Part shown: positions 48,979 to 64,000 of the stretch, piece after piece | Numbering within the stretch: position 1 is the first letter of the stretch | How the letters are laid out: each line of letters starts with the position of its first letter | Assembly: GCA_963708135.1 (NCBI GenBank) | Contig: OY970192.1 | Location: 3,136,001 to 3,200,000, forward strand | DNA: 64,000 bases | DNA from: an uncultured Gemmatimonadales bacterium | Lineage (GTDB): Bacteria; Gemmatimonadota; Gemmatimonadetes; Longimicrobiales; RSA9 | Reading direction: 5' to 3' | Position numbers and translations under genes: made by a program | The notes under the pieces: generated by a model | The model's input: the letters and a program-made list of their open reading frames with translations, nothing else | Told to the model about the DNA's origin: nothing | Databases searched by the model: none

Positions 48979-49211
48979 CGGCGCTCGGCGTCCCTGTAGG
49001 ACAGGATCCGCTCCCGCGGAAGTCGTGTCCCCGTCCGCATCTTCCTCTCGCGAATCCGTGCGATCAGGAGCTCGGGATCCGGCCGGCGCGACATCTCCAC
49101 CAACTGAGCCCGCAGGTATTCCTGTAGCGAGCGGCCGCTCGCCGCGGCCCGCGCCGCCAGCTCGTCGCGCGTCTCATCGGGCACGTCGCGAATCGTGATG
49201 GACTTGCTCAT
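48975..49211 (-). CDS. Ribbon-helix-helix antitoxin (FitA/VapB-like)
   Basis: ITIRDVPDETRDELAARAAASGRSLQEYLR; 4-nt overlap with vapC. Confidence 0.9.
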   Translation of the reverse strand: MSKSITIRDVPDETRDELAARAAASGRSLQEYLRAQLVEMSRRPDPELLIARIRERKMRTGTRLPRERILSYRDAERR

Positions 49212-49217
49212 GGTGAT

Positions 49218-49246
49218 ACTCTACTGCGGCTGCATGCACAATGCAA
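49218..49246 (-). promoter_or_regulatory. Sigma70-type promoter for a leaderless TA transcript, with overlapping operator-like palindrome
   Basis: Minus strand reads TTGCAT-17 nt-TAGAGT-6 nt-ATG, with no SD; TGCAT-N5-ATGCA inverted repeat at 49231-49245. Confidence 0.7.
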
Positions 49247-49256
49247 GCGCCCCGCA

Positions 49257-55719
<6,463 letters not shown>

Positions 55720-55728
55720 AGCGCCGCC

Positions 55729-56703
55729 TCAGCGCGCCGACTCGAGCACCTGGTCCTCCCAGGAGAAATCGGGGCGCGGCCGCTGCTGCCGGCGATACCA
55801 GGCGTACGTGTCGCGGAGCCCGTCGTCGAGCGGGGTGAGCTCGAGGCCGAGCTCCGCGCGCACCCGGTCGCTGCGGACGACGAGCGGCGGGAGGTCCAGG
55901 TAGGCGCCGAAGTAGTAGGGCGGCGCGGCCAGTCCTCCGCCGGCCGCCTCGAGCCGCTCCCGCGGGATGTGCACGAGGTCCGCGGGCCTGCCGGCGATGT
56001 CCGCCAGCAGCCGGACGAAATCGTCCTGCGCGATCGGCGGGTAGCCCGCCAGGTTGTAGGCGTGGCCGATCGCGACATCCTCGTCGGCCGCGAGCACCGC
56101 CGCGCGCGCGACGTCGTGGACGTGCACCCACTGCATCGGACGCGAGCCGTCTTCCGGCACGATGATCGGGCGCTCAGCCAGCAGCCGGTCCCAGAAGAAC
56201 GCCTCACGCTCGAACGGGTTGTGCGGCCCGTAGATGAACGCCGGGCGGAGCGTGCTGACGGGAAGGCCGCCGCGGCGCGAGAGCTCGAAGAGGGCCCGCT
56301 CGCTGTCCGCCTTCTGCGCCCGGTACGGGCTCGGATCGCTCGGCGGAACGAGCGGCGCATCCTCGTCGTATTCGCCGCCCACGCCGTAGACCGCGATGCT
56401 CGAGGTGAACACGTAGCGACGACCGGGCAATGCCGCCTCCGCGGCGGCGCGCACCTGCTCGCCCGTGGTCCCGCGCTGCCAGTCGTAGACGTTGTCGAAG
56501 ACGAGGTCGAACGCGGTGCCCTCCAGGGCGGAGCGGACCGCCGCGATGTCGTTGCGGTCGCACCGGATCTCGCCCACGCGATCGCCGAACGGCGTGCCCG
56601 CGCCGCGGTGCATGATGACGACGTCGTCGCCGCGCTCGAGCAGCCGCTCCACGAGCGCCTGGCCGATGAACTGGGTCCCGCCGATCACGAGCGTCCGTGC
56701 CAT
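55729..56703 (-). CDS. NAD-dependent epimerase/dehydratase (atypical SDR)
   Basis: VIGGTQFIG, FTSSIAVY, YRAQK, LRPAFIYGP, HVHDVA. Confidence 0.92.
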   Translation of the reverse strand: MARTLVIGGTQFIGQALVERLLERGDDVVIMHRGAGTPFGDRVGEIRCDRNDIAAVRSALEGTAFDLVFDNVYDWQRGTTGEQVRAAAEAALPGRRYVFTSSIAVYGVGGEYDEDAPLVPPSDPSPYRAQKADSERALFELSRRGGLPVSTLRPAFIYGPHNPFEREAFFWDRLLAERPIIVPEDGSRPMQWVHVHDVARAAVLAADEDVAIGHAYNLAGYPPIAQDDFVRLLADIAGRPADLVHIPRERLEAAGGGLAAPPYYFGAYLDLPPLVVRSDRVRAELGLELTPLDDGLRDTYAWYRRQQRPRPDFSWEDQVLESAR

Positions 56704-56712
56704 GATGCCTCC

Positions 56713-57270
56713 TCAGCCGCCGAGCAGGGATTCGATGCCGTCGATCGTCGGCCAGGTGCCGGGCCGCACCGGGCCGCGCACCCTCTGGCGCTCGCGGGAC
56801 GCGAAGTACGGGTTGACGCACTGCCCCTCGCAGGTCGGGTAGACGAGCACGTCGCCCACGTCCAAGAGCAGCGGCTGGGGCTTCTTCAGCACCCTGCGAG
56901 ACTTCCCCGCGACCGGGCCGGCGGCGAGCCGGGTCCGCAGCTCCGCGAGCATGCGACCCCGCTTCCTCAGGTCGCCGGCGCCCATGCCGAGCCGCTCGAG
57001 CATGGAGATGTCCTCGCCTCCGTCAATGATCGCGAGCGCCCGCGCCCGCGCCTCGGGGCAGTCGATCCCCCGCCTCGCGAGCTGGTCGGCCACCACCAGC
57101 CAGAAGGTGGTGTGGTCCTCATCCCCCGGAGCCACAGCCGCCGGCTCCCGCTCGCGCAGCAGGGCCAGCAGCTCGCCCCCGTCGAACGGCAGCCGGGCGA
57201 CCGCGCCAATCGTCGCCCGCAGGTCCATCGCGAAATCGCCCGAATAGAGACTCGTGCCCCAGACACCCAT
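56713..57270 (-). CDS. Hypothetical protein with MGxWG N-terminus (DUF4259-like), possibly shortened
   Basis: MGVWGTSLYSGDFAMD, FWLVVADQ; start re-called. Confidence 0.65.
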   Translation of the reverse strand: MGVWGTSLYSGDFAMDLRATIGAVARLPFDGGELLALLREREPAAVAPGDEDHTTFWLVVADQLARRGIDCPEARARALAIIDGGEDISMLERLGMGAGDLRKRGRMLAELRTRLAAGPVAGKSRRVLKKPQPLLLDVGDVLVYPTCEGQCVNPYFASRERQRVRGPVRPGTWPTIDGIESLLGG

Positions 57271-57540
57271 GGCCACAACAGTGGCGCCGATTCCCGCCCC
57301 CTGCAAGCGGTTCCGGCGCGGAGCGGAGTGGAAGACCGACCTTCCCGAGCCTGAAAGGTCGGGGAAAAAGCTGACACGCGCGCGGTCGCCGGCCAGGTTG
57401 GCCCCGGCCGGACCAGCGGGCTGGCCGGCGAGACCAGAGGCGAGGGGCTCCGCACGCGGCGCGTGCGGGGCCCTCTGCATCCGGCCCGCCCGGGGCCGCA
57501 TCAGGCGCGGTCCTTTCTTTCCTCGTTGCACGGAGGTCTT

Positions 57541-58145
57541 ATGCGCACGACACTGCCCCCCCCGTCTGCTCGCCCTCGCGCTCGCGCTGCCGCTCGCAGC
57601 CGGGTGCGCCGGGGACAACCCCGCCTCCGCGCCCGCCGGGCTCACGGGACCCCGGGTGAGCGCGTCCCGCCAGATCGGCGGCGCCGCGGCACCCACGCCC
57701 ACCGGCGTCCCCTCGGGCGAGCGCCTGGTCGGGCAGGCCGCCACGGGCGGCGAGTCCTTCAGCGAGCTGGACCTGGACCTGAAGTTCGCCAACTTCGCGT
57801 TCGCCGAGCACGGGCTGCTGCTGGGCTACGGCGCGGGGCTCGCCGTACCGCTGCGCACCGAGGGGGAGCCGGCCAGGGCGCTGACGTCGGTCGAGCCGTT
57901 TCTCAACCTCGGCTACAAGAAGGCCGCCTGGGAGGTGGAGACCTTCGCCCGCTTCGGAATCCCGACCTCCGGCAGCGACGGGGTCCCGGCCAACGCGGAG
58001 CTCGGCACCAACCTGTCCGTGCTGCGCCACTTCGGAGAGCGCCTCCAGGCCCTCCTCGAGATGGACACGACCTCGCCCCTGGGCGGCGGTGACGACCCGG
58101 TCCTGGCGGACCTCACCCCCGGCGTGAAGGTCCAGCCGCGAGATC
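57541..58145 (+). pseudogene. Frameshifted lipoprotein N-terminus joined to a beta-barrel-like fragment
   Basis: GGAGG-ATG at 57541; the C8 run at 57556-57563 puts the signal LLALALALPLAAGC out of frame; downstream LKFANF, VEPFLNLGYK, LTPGVKV resemble barrel strands. Confidence 0.55.
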
Positions 58146-58354
58146 CAGCCACTCCAGACTCAGCTCACCGGGAACACCTTCCACCCATGCTGCCGGGTGG
58201 CCGCTGCGTCCTGCTCAGCACCCGCCGCTCTCGCACGATCCTGCGATGCCAGGATTGCGGCGGGCCTTCCGCGCCACGATCTTGCGAGGCCACGCGCGAT
58301 CCCGGTCCTGATTCCCCGGCACCCGAACCCGAGTCCGCTTCCCAACCCCTGACC

Positions 58355-60694
58355 ATGCAAGGTCTCCGCACCTTCTTCGCCGAGTTGCGGCGCCGGCGCG
58401 TCTACCGCGTGGCGATCGCCTATCTGGCCGTCGCCTTCGGCGTCCTCCAGGGCGCGGACGTGCTCGTGCCGGCGCTGCACCTGCCAGGCTGGACCATGAC
58501 GCTGCTCGCGGTACTCGTGATCCTCGGCCTGCCGGTCGCGCTCGTCCTGGCCTGGGCGTTCGACATCACGCCGGAAGGTGTGCGCCGGACCGCGCCGGCG
58601 GCGCATGCGACGCCGGGCGCGCCAGCTTCCACCGGGCGCCTCGCGCGCGGCGTCGCCACCGGCATCGGCGGGCTCGCCCTCGTCGCCGGAGGCTGGGTGA
58701 TCTGGCGGCATTTCTCGCCTCCGGCCGGGGGCGGCTCCCTGGACCCGAACGTCGTCGCCGTGCTGCCGTTCCGGGTCGCGGGAGCTGAGCCGTCACTGCG
58801 TTACATGCGCGAGGGAATGCTCGATCTTCTCGCCACGAAGCTGGGCGGCGAAAGCGGGCCGAGGGCGGTCGATCCACGGTCGCTGGTGAGCGCGTGGCGG
58901 CAGATGGTCGGCTCCGAGGACGACGACCTGCCCCCGGACTCCGCGCGCGTCCTCGCCCGCCGGCTCCACGCCGGCCGCCTCATCCTGGGCGAGCTCGTGA
59001 GCACGCCTGGCCGGGTCGTGCTGAGCGCCTCGCTCTATGGGGTCGCGGATCACGACACGCCCCAGCCGGTGAGCGTCGAAGGGCCGCCGGACTCGATCCC
59101 GGCGCTGGTCGATCGGCTCGCGGCCTCGCTGCTCAGCATCGGCGCGGGCGAGGAACGGGACCGGATCGCCTCGCTCACGAGCACGTCGCTCCCGGCGCTG
59201 CGGGCGTACCTCGACGGGCAGGCGCTGTATCGGCGGGCGGACTTCGCGGACGCGGAGCAGTCGTTCCGGCGCGCGGTCGAGCTGGACTCCACTTTCGCGC
59301 TGGCGGCACTGGGCATCTACCAGGCGACGCGGTGGGGCGTATCCGAGAGCAACGACCCGGAGGCGCTCGCCCGGACCTGGCGCTTCCGCGACCGACTCGA
59401 TCCGCGCGACCTCGCCTTCCTCGGGGCCGTCGCCGGGCCGCGCTATCCCGGCCGCTCCTCACTCGCCGAGCGGCTCGCCGGCTGGCAGGATGCCGTCGGG
59501 CGCATGCCGGACCGGGCGGAGGCGTGGTTCGAGCTGGGGGATCTCCTGCTCCACGACGGGCGCCTGATCGATATCGACCGGCCCCTCGAGCGGGCGGCCG
59601 ATGCGTTCCAGCACTGCGTGCGGCTGGATCCGACCTTCGGCGCCGCCCTCGGGCACCTCGCCGACATCGCGGCCATGACGCGGGACACGGCGAGCTTTCG
59701 CCGCTACACGGCGCAACGCAGGGATCTGAAGGGACTCTACCTGTGGTTCGCCCGCTGGGAGAGCGGCGAAATCTTCGGCGACCCCGCCGCCGCGCGCCTC
59801 GTCCGCGATTCCCTGGACCGCGTGGGGCTGGACGAGCTGTCCACGTATCTCATGCTCGGCGAGCTCTTCGCGGCCGGCGACAGCATCTCCCCCGAGATCG
59901 CGAGCCGCCTCGTGCCCCGCGCGCGATCACCGCAGGAGCGGGCCTTCGCCTTCAGGGCGCTGCATGACTACGCGCTGAACGCCGGACAGCCGGCGCGCGC
60001 GCTCCGGCTCACGGATTCCCTGAGCACACCCGACGATGCGAGCGTCCCGCTGCGCGTCCGCATCACGGATGCCCTCTTCTGGGGAGGCGACACGACCGCC
60101 GCCGCGGCCGCCGCCCGCGAGCTTGCCGCCCGTGCCGCGGCGGCAGGCGCCGGCTCCGGCGCGCGCTGGAGCGACGGCTGCACCCTCGCGCAGTGGCGCC
60201 TCGCGCACGGCCAGCCGCCGGGCGACGCCGAGATCGCGCAGCGGCGCGACGCCGCGGGCACCCGGACTGCCGGCGACAGCATCGGAAGCCGCCTCTGCGC
60301 AGAGCTGCTCGAGGCCTGGCGCGCGCAGTCGCTCGAGCGACCGGACGCCCGTGCCCGCCTCGAGCGCCTCGACTCGCTGCTCGCGACCGGGCCCTCCACC
60401 GCGTTCAGTGAGCAGGCCGACTTTGCCGCCGCCCGTCTGCTGGAAGCCGCCGGGGACCGGAACGGCGCGCTGCGCGCCGTGCGGCGACGCCCGATCAACG
60501 TCAACGGCCCGCCCCGTCTTTCCGCCCACCTCCGCGAAGAAGGCCGCCTCGCCGCCCTGACCGGCGACCGCGACGGCGCCATCGCGGCGTACCGCCACTT
60601 TCTGTACCTGCAGAGCGACCCCGAGCCGGCCGTCCGGCCGGAGGTAGAGCGGGTGCGCGCGGAGCTGGCGCGGCTGGTGGACGAGACGCGCTAA
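58355..60694 (+). CDS. Membrane-anchored TolB-N-like/TPR protein
   Basis: MQGLRTFFAELRRRRVYRV, LAWAFDITPEG, VAVLPF, TSTSLPALRAYLDG, AVELDSTFALA. Confidence 0.88.
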   Translation: MQGLRTFFAELRRRRVYRVAIAYLAVAFGVLQGADVLVPALHLPGWTMTLLAVLVILGLPVALVLAWAFDITPEGVRRTAPAAHATPGAPASTGRLARGVATGIGGLALVAGGWVIWRHFSPPAGGGSLDPNVVAVLPFRVAGAEPSLRYMREGMLDLLATKLGGESGPRAVDPRSLVSAWRQMVGSEDDDLPPDSARVLARRLHAGRLILGELVSTPGRVVLSASLYGVADHDTPQPVSVEGPPDSIPALVDRLAASLLSIGAGEERDRIASLTSTSLPALRAYLDGQALYRRADFADAEQSFRRAVELDSTFALAALGIYQATRWGVSESNDPEALARTWRFRDRLDPRDLAFLGAVAGPRYPGRSSLAERLAGWQDAVGRMPDRAEAWFELGDLLLHDGRLIDIDRPLERAADAFQHCVRLDPTFGAALGHLADIAAMTRDTASFRRYTAQRRDLKGLYLWFARWESGEIFGDPAAARLVRDSLDRVGLDELSTYLMLGELFAAGDSISPEIASRLVPRARSPQERAFAFRALHDYALNAGQPARALRLTDSLSTPDDASVPLRVRITDALFWGGDTTAAAAAARELAARAAAAGAGSGARWSDGCTLAQWRLAHGQPPGDAEIAQRRDAAGTRTAGDSIGSRLCAELLEAWRAQSLERPDARARLERLDSLLATGPSTAFSEQADFAAARLLEAAGDRNGALRAVRRRPINVNGPPRLSAHLREEGRLAALTGDRDGAIAAYRHFLYLQSDPEPAVRPEVERVRAELARLVDETR

Positions 60695-60724
60695 CTACAT
60701 GTCGAGCGAGAGCCCGGTCGCCTC

Positions 60725-60769
60725 TGGTCGTGCCGCAGTTGGTCGTGCCGCAGCAGTTGGTCGTGCCGC
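60725..60769. repeat. 3 x TGGTCGTGCCGC short tandem repeat between convergent genes
   Basis: tggtcgtgccgcagttggtcgtgccgcagcagttggtcgtgccgc. Confidence 0.8.
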
Positions 60770-60770
60770 C

Positions 60771-62603
60771 TCATGCCTCCACCACCGGCCGCTCCTCGCC
60801 CACCCCCGCCTCCCGCTCGAGCGCCAGCCCTACCCGTGCGATGGTGCCCTCGTCGAACAGCCGGCCGACCAGCGTGACGCCGTAGGGCACCCGGCGCGGC
60901 GGCGAGAAGGTAGGCAGCGGGTGCGCGGGGTCGGGCGCCCAGTCGCTCCTGGCCTTCGCGACCTCCACGAAGCCCGTGCGCAGCGTCAGCGAGGGGTGTC
61001 CGGTGAAGTTGGAGATGACGAGCATCTCGTCGCGTAGCGAGGGGACGAGGAGCAGATCCACCCGCCCCATGAGGCGGTCCATCTCGGCGGCGACCTTGCG
61101 CCGCAGCCGGTCCGCCTGCACGAAGTCAACGGCGGAGAGGAAGCGCGACTCGCGGAACAGGTTCGGCCACGCGTCCGGTACCTGCGCCGTGAGCTCGCGG
61201 TCGCGGCCGCCGAGCGTCAGCTCCTCGAACGCGGCCGCCGCCTCGGCGAAGAGCAGCACGTTGAGGCCATCGTACGGCCAGTCGGGCAGCGAGACCTCGA
61301 CCGGCTCGAGCCCCGCCCTTCGCAGCAGCCCGAGCGCATCCCGGTCCACCTGCGTGGCGGGCGGCTCCTTCATCCAGGCCGGGAAGTAGCCGACCCGGAG
61401 CCCCCGCACCGCGGCGCCCGCGTCGAAGTCGAGCCGGGCCGGACGGCTGTACACGTCGCCTGCATCGGGTCCGGCGATCGCGTGCAGCACCAGCATCGTG
61501 TCCTCCACGCTGCGCGTGATGGGGCCGAGCTTGTCCTGGGTCCAGCACAGCGTCATGGCGCCCGTGCGCGGCACGCGCCCGAATGTCGGCCGGAGCCCCG
61601 TGTCCCCGCAGCGCATGCACGGGTCGATGATGCTGCCCTGCGTCTCACTGCCGATCGCAAAGGCGACGAGACCCGCCGCCGTCGCCGAGCCCGGCCCCGC
61701 GCTCGAGCCGCCCGCACCCTCCTCGGGCACCCACGGATTCATGGTCTGCCCGCCGAACCAGATGTCGTTGAGCGCCAGCGCGCCCATGCTCAGCTTCGCG
61801 ACGAGCACCGCGCCCGCCGCGTCCAGCCGCGCCACCACCGCCGCGTCCGCGTCCGGCACGCGGTCCTTGAACGGCGTCGCGCCGTACGTCGTCCGGATCC
61901 CCTTCGTGTCGAGCAGGTCCTTCGCGCCCCACGGGATCCCGTGCAGCGGCCCGCGATACCGCCCGGCCGCGATCTCGGCGTCCGCCCGCTTCGCCTGCGC
62001 CAGCGCGTGGTCGTCCGTGCGCGTGATCACGCAGTGCAGCTTCGCATCGAGACGGCCGAGGCGGTCGAGATAGAGGCGCGTCAGCCGCTCGGACGTGAGC
62101 TGCCGCCGCTCGATCCAGCGCGACAGCCGCCAGACCGGCGCGAACGCGATGTCCGCGTCGGCCGAGGGGAGCGCTCCGGGCTCGGTCGTGGAGCGAACGA
62201 AGCGGTCGCGCGCCGGTCCCACCTTCATGCCGGGAAGCACCGGGTCCCAGGTGGTGCCGGGCGCGAGCGAGTCCTCGAGCGCGAGCCTGCGCGGCCCCGT
62301 GCGTCGCTCGACCAGCCCCGCCATCGACGTGCGCCAGCTCGCCGCCATCATCTGCCGCTCGGCGTCCGTCATGCTCACCCGCGCGAGCTTCTCCGCCTCC
62401 GCGAACGTGGCCGGCGAGACCGGCGGCCCCACGGCGTCGGAGGTGTTGAAGGCGGGCGTCGCACCCGGCGTGGTGTCCACCGCCGAAGCGGACGCCGCTT
62501 CGGCGCCGCCGGCCGGGGAGGACGTTCCCGCGCCCTTGCACGCTGCGAGGAGCCCGGCGAGCCCGAGCGGTGCCCGGGCGAGAAACTGGCGACGTGTGTT
62601 CAT
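60771..62603 (-). CDS. Amidase signature family enzyme, Tat lipoprotein
   Basis: TRRQFL + LAAC; GPLHGIPWGAKD, GGSSAG, IGSETQGSI, GLRPTFGRV. Confidence 0.93.
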   Translation of the reverse strand: MNTRRQFLARAPLGLAGLLAACKGAGTSSPAGGAEAASASAVDTTPGATPAFNTSDAVGPPVSPATFAEAEKLARVSMTDAERQMMAASWRTSMAGLVERRTGPRRLALEDSLAPGTTWDPVLPGMKVGPARDRFVRSTTEPGALPSADADIAFAPVWRLSRWIERRQLTSERLTRLYLDRLGRLDAKLHCVITRTDDHALAQAKRADAEIAAGRYRGPLHGIPWGAKDLLDTKGIRTTYGATPFKDRVPDADAAVVARLDAAGAVLVAKLSMGALALNDIWFGGQTMNPWVPEEGAGGSSAGPGSATAAGLVAFAIGSETQGSIIDPCMRCGDTGLRPTFGRVPRTGAMTLCWTQDKLGPITRSVEDTMLVLHAIAGPDAGDVYSRPARLDFDAGAAVRGLRVGYFPAWMKEPPATQVDRDALGLLRRAGLEPVEVSLPDWPYDGLNVLLFAEAAAAFEELTLGGRDRELTAQVPDAWPNLFRESRFLSAVDFVQADRLRRKVAAEMDRLMGRVDLLLVPSLRDEMLVISNFTGHPSLTLRTGFVEVAKARSDWAPDPAHPLPTFSPPRRVPYGVTLVGRLFDEGTIARVGLALEREAGVGEERPVVEA

Positions 62604-62783
62604 GGCGAGTCTCGGTTGGGGGAGGACTGGCCGGATCTCGGGGGCGGGACTCCGCGAATCTCCGCGCCTCCCTGAGAGAGAGGCACGCCGGCAGGCTCGG
62701 GATCGCGGGTCGGTCAGTCCGGTGCGTGCGACCCCAGAGCCGCGGCCCCTCCGTCGGGGCCGTGGCCATGGGAAGCCCCGCCG

Positions 62784-63332
62784 CTACTTCGCGGGCTTGG
62801 ACCGCTGCGCGGTCGGCGGAAGCATCCCGTTGAGGCGCATGTAGTTGGCCACCTGGCTGTAATGGTCCGCCAGGTCCTCGACGTAGATGAACAGGGCCAG
62901 CGCGCGTGTGCCCTTCATGAACCCCAGGTCGACCTGCTCTCCGAGGTTGCTGTCGTCGGCCGCGGCCAGCGCCTTGTCGCAGAAGGCGAAGGAGTCCTTG
63001 AGCTCACCGACGAGCACGTCCTTGCTCTCCGTTCCCTTCCGCTCCGGCACGGGCGCCGCTTTCATCCCGCCGATCGCGCCGCAGATCCCGCGATTGGCCT
63101 GGGCCAGGTGCGCCCAGATCTGCCCGAAGCTCATCTGGGCCGGGGTCGGCTTGTAGGACAGCTTCGCGGCCGGCACCTCGTCGGCCGCCTTCATGAGGTT
63201 CTGCCCGAAATGCTTGCTCATGCCCTGCGCGGCTTCCGTCGTCGGATTCGATCCCGACGCGGGAGCCTGCTGCGCGGCGAGCAGGCCCGGGACGAGGAGC
63301 GCGGCCAGGCCGCAGAGGCGGACTCGCTTCAT
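62784..63332 (-). CDS. Secreted DinB family protein
   Basis: Signal peptide; YKPTPAQMSFGQIWAH, HYSQVANYMRLNGMLPP. Confidence 0.88.
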   Translation of the reverse strand: MKRVRLCGLAALLVPGLLAAQQAPASGSNPTTEAAQGMSKHFGQNLMKAADEVPAAKLSYKPTPAQMSFGQIWAHLAQANRGICGAIGGMKAAPVPERKGTESKDVLVGELKDSFAFCDKALAAADDSNLGEQVDLGFMKGTRALALFIYVEDLADHYSQVANYMRLNGMLPPTAQRSKPAK

Positions 63333-63600
63333 GGGAACCTCCGGTTGCTTGGGGGGATGGGACCGGCACGCACGGATTCTGGCGCCACCGGGGCGGCCGC
63401 GGCAAGGGTCTCGAGCATCCGCATGGCGAGCCCCGTCGCGCTTCCCTTCCCGCCGCCGGCACTGCGCAGCACGATGACCCCAACACCCGCCTTGCGGTCG
63501 TAGAGCATCCCGGCCGTGTAGCCGGCCACGCTGCCGCCATGGCCGAAGGCGACGCGGCCATCCTCCAGCCGCACCGCCATGAAGCCGACGCCGTAGCCGG
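63329..63600 (-). pseudogene. C-terminal fragment of a serine hydrolase (beta-lactamase family)
   Basis: GYGVGF...FGHGGSVAGY...GVIVLRS; the upstream ~110 bp before marR cannot hold the rest of the domain. Confidence 0.7.
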
Positions 63601-63710
63601 AGCGACGCGAGCGACGCGGGAGAGACGGAGGCGCCGCTCCGGGCGATCAGAGCAGAGGCCGAAAGGCCGAGCCAGAGCGCGCGATTTGACTGGTACGAGC
63701 TTCGGGCCGC

Positions 63711-64000
63711 CTACGTCAGCGATGCGCTCAGCCGCTTCATGATGCGACCGAGGTCCGCAAGGTCGCGATCATCGAGCGCGTCGCCGAAGACTCGCTGCAG
63801 GAGCTCGTGGTGCCCCTGGCGGGCCTCCCCGGCCAGGGACCGGCCCCTTCGGGTGACCGTGGCGAAGGCGGAGCGGGCATCGCGGGGGTCCGGGTCGCGC
63901 CGAACGAGGCCCGACACCGCCATGCGGTCGAGCAGCTTCGACAACCCCGACTGCGACAGCATGATGGAGGAAGCGAGCTCGCTCAGCCCGAGGCGTCCCC
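63711..64000 (-). CDS. MarR family transcriptional regulator; 5' end lies outside the window
   Basis: LSELASSIMLSQSGLSKLLDRM..GLVRRDPDPRDAR. Confidence 0.88.
   Translation of the reverse strand, partial: GRLGLSELASSIMLSQSGLSKLLDRMAVSGLVRRDPDPRDARSAFATVTRRGRSLAGEARQGHHELLQRVFGDALDDRDLADLGRIMKRLSASLT

Noticed and set aside
57254..58354. Single 1146-aa fusion protein
   Set aside because: The N-terminus overlaps a divergent gene and non-coding-like sequence; a family-typical start lies at 58355.

Overview
A very GC-rich bacterial window. The gene content (ADOP/MacB-type permease, BTAD-TolB-N-TPR proteins, BNR/VPS10 protein, M28 peptidase) suggests Gemmatimonadota; this is an inference. Most of the window encodes secreted or periplasmic catabolic enzymes (two GH2, GH3, GalM, S8/M28/M30/M15/S51 peptidases, amidase, two multicopper oxidases), plus Gdh, MscL, regulators, a REC-TrxB/cNMP-histidine kinase pair and a VapBC-type toxin-antitoxin pair. 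I recognised no rRNA, tRNA, cas, integrase or transposase. The most striking structure is two paralogous AbiEi-N/DUF559 (Vsr-like nuclease) genes, at 26550-27494 (-) and 53595-54548 (+). Each is bracketed on both sides by its own family of 52-61 bp hairpin-containing tandem repeats in direct orientation. The first also has a duplicated ~200 bp segment next to each array, and the second abuts a 5'-truncated hydrolase. This looks like a nuclease-plus-repeat-array element, analogous to REP/RAYT or type III TA; its function is hypothetical. A GxxExxY nuclease-fold gene is likewise enclosed by inverted microsatellite arms. Several internally deleted gene remnants, in-frame loop expansions and duplicated translation-start regions are also visible. 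Many long ORFs in the supplied track are GC-rich shadow ORFs or have over-extended starts; I re-called starts by eye. All family assignments come from motif recognition, not database searches.
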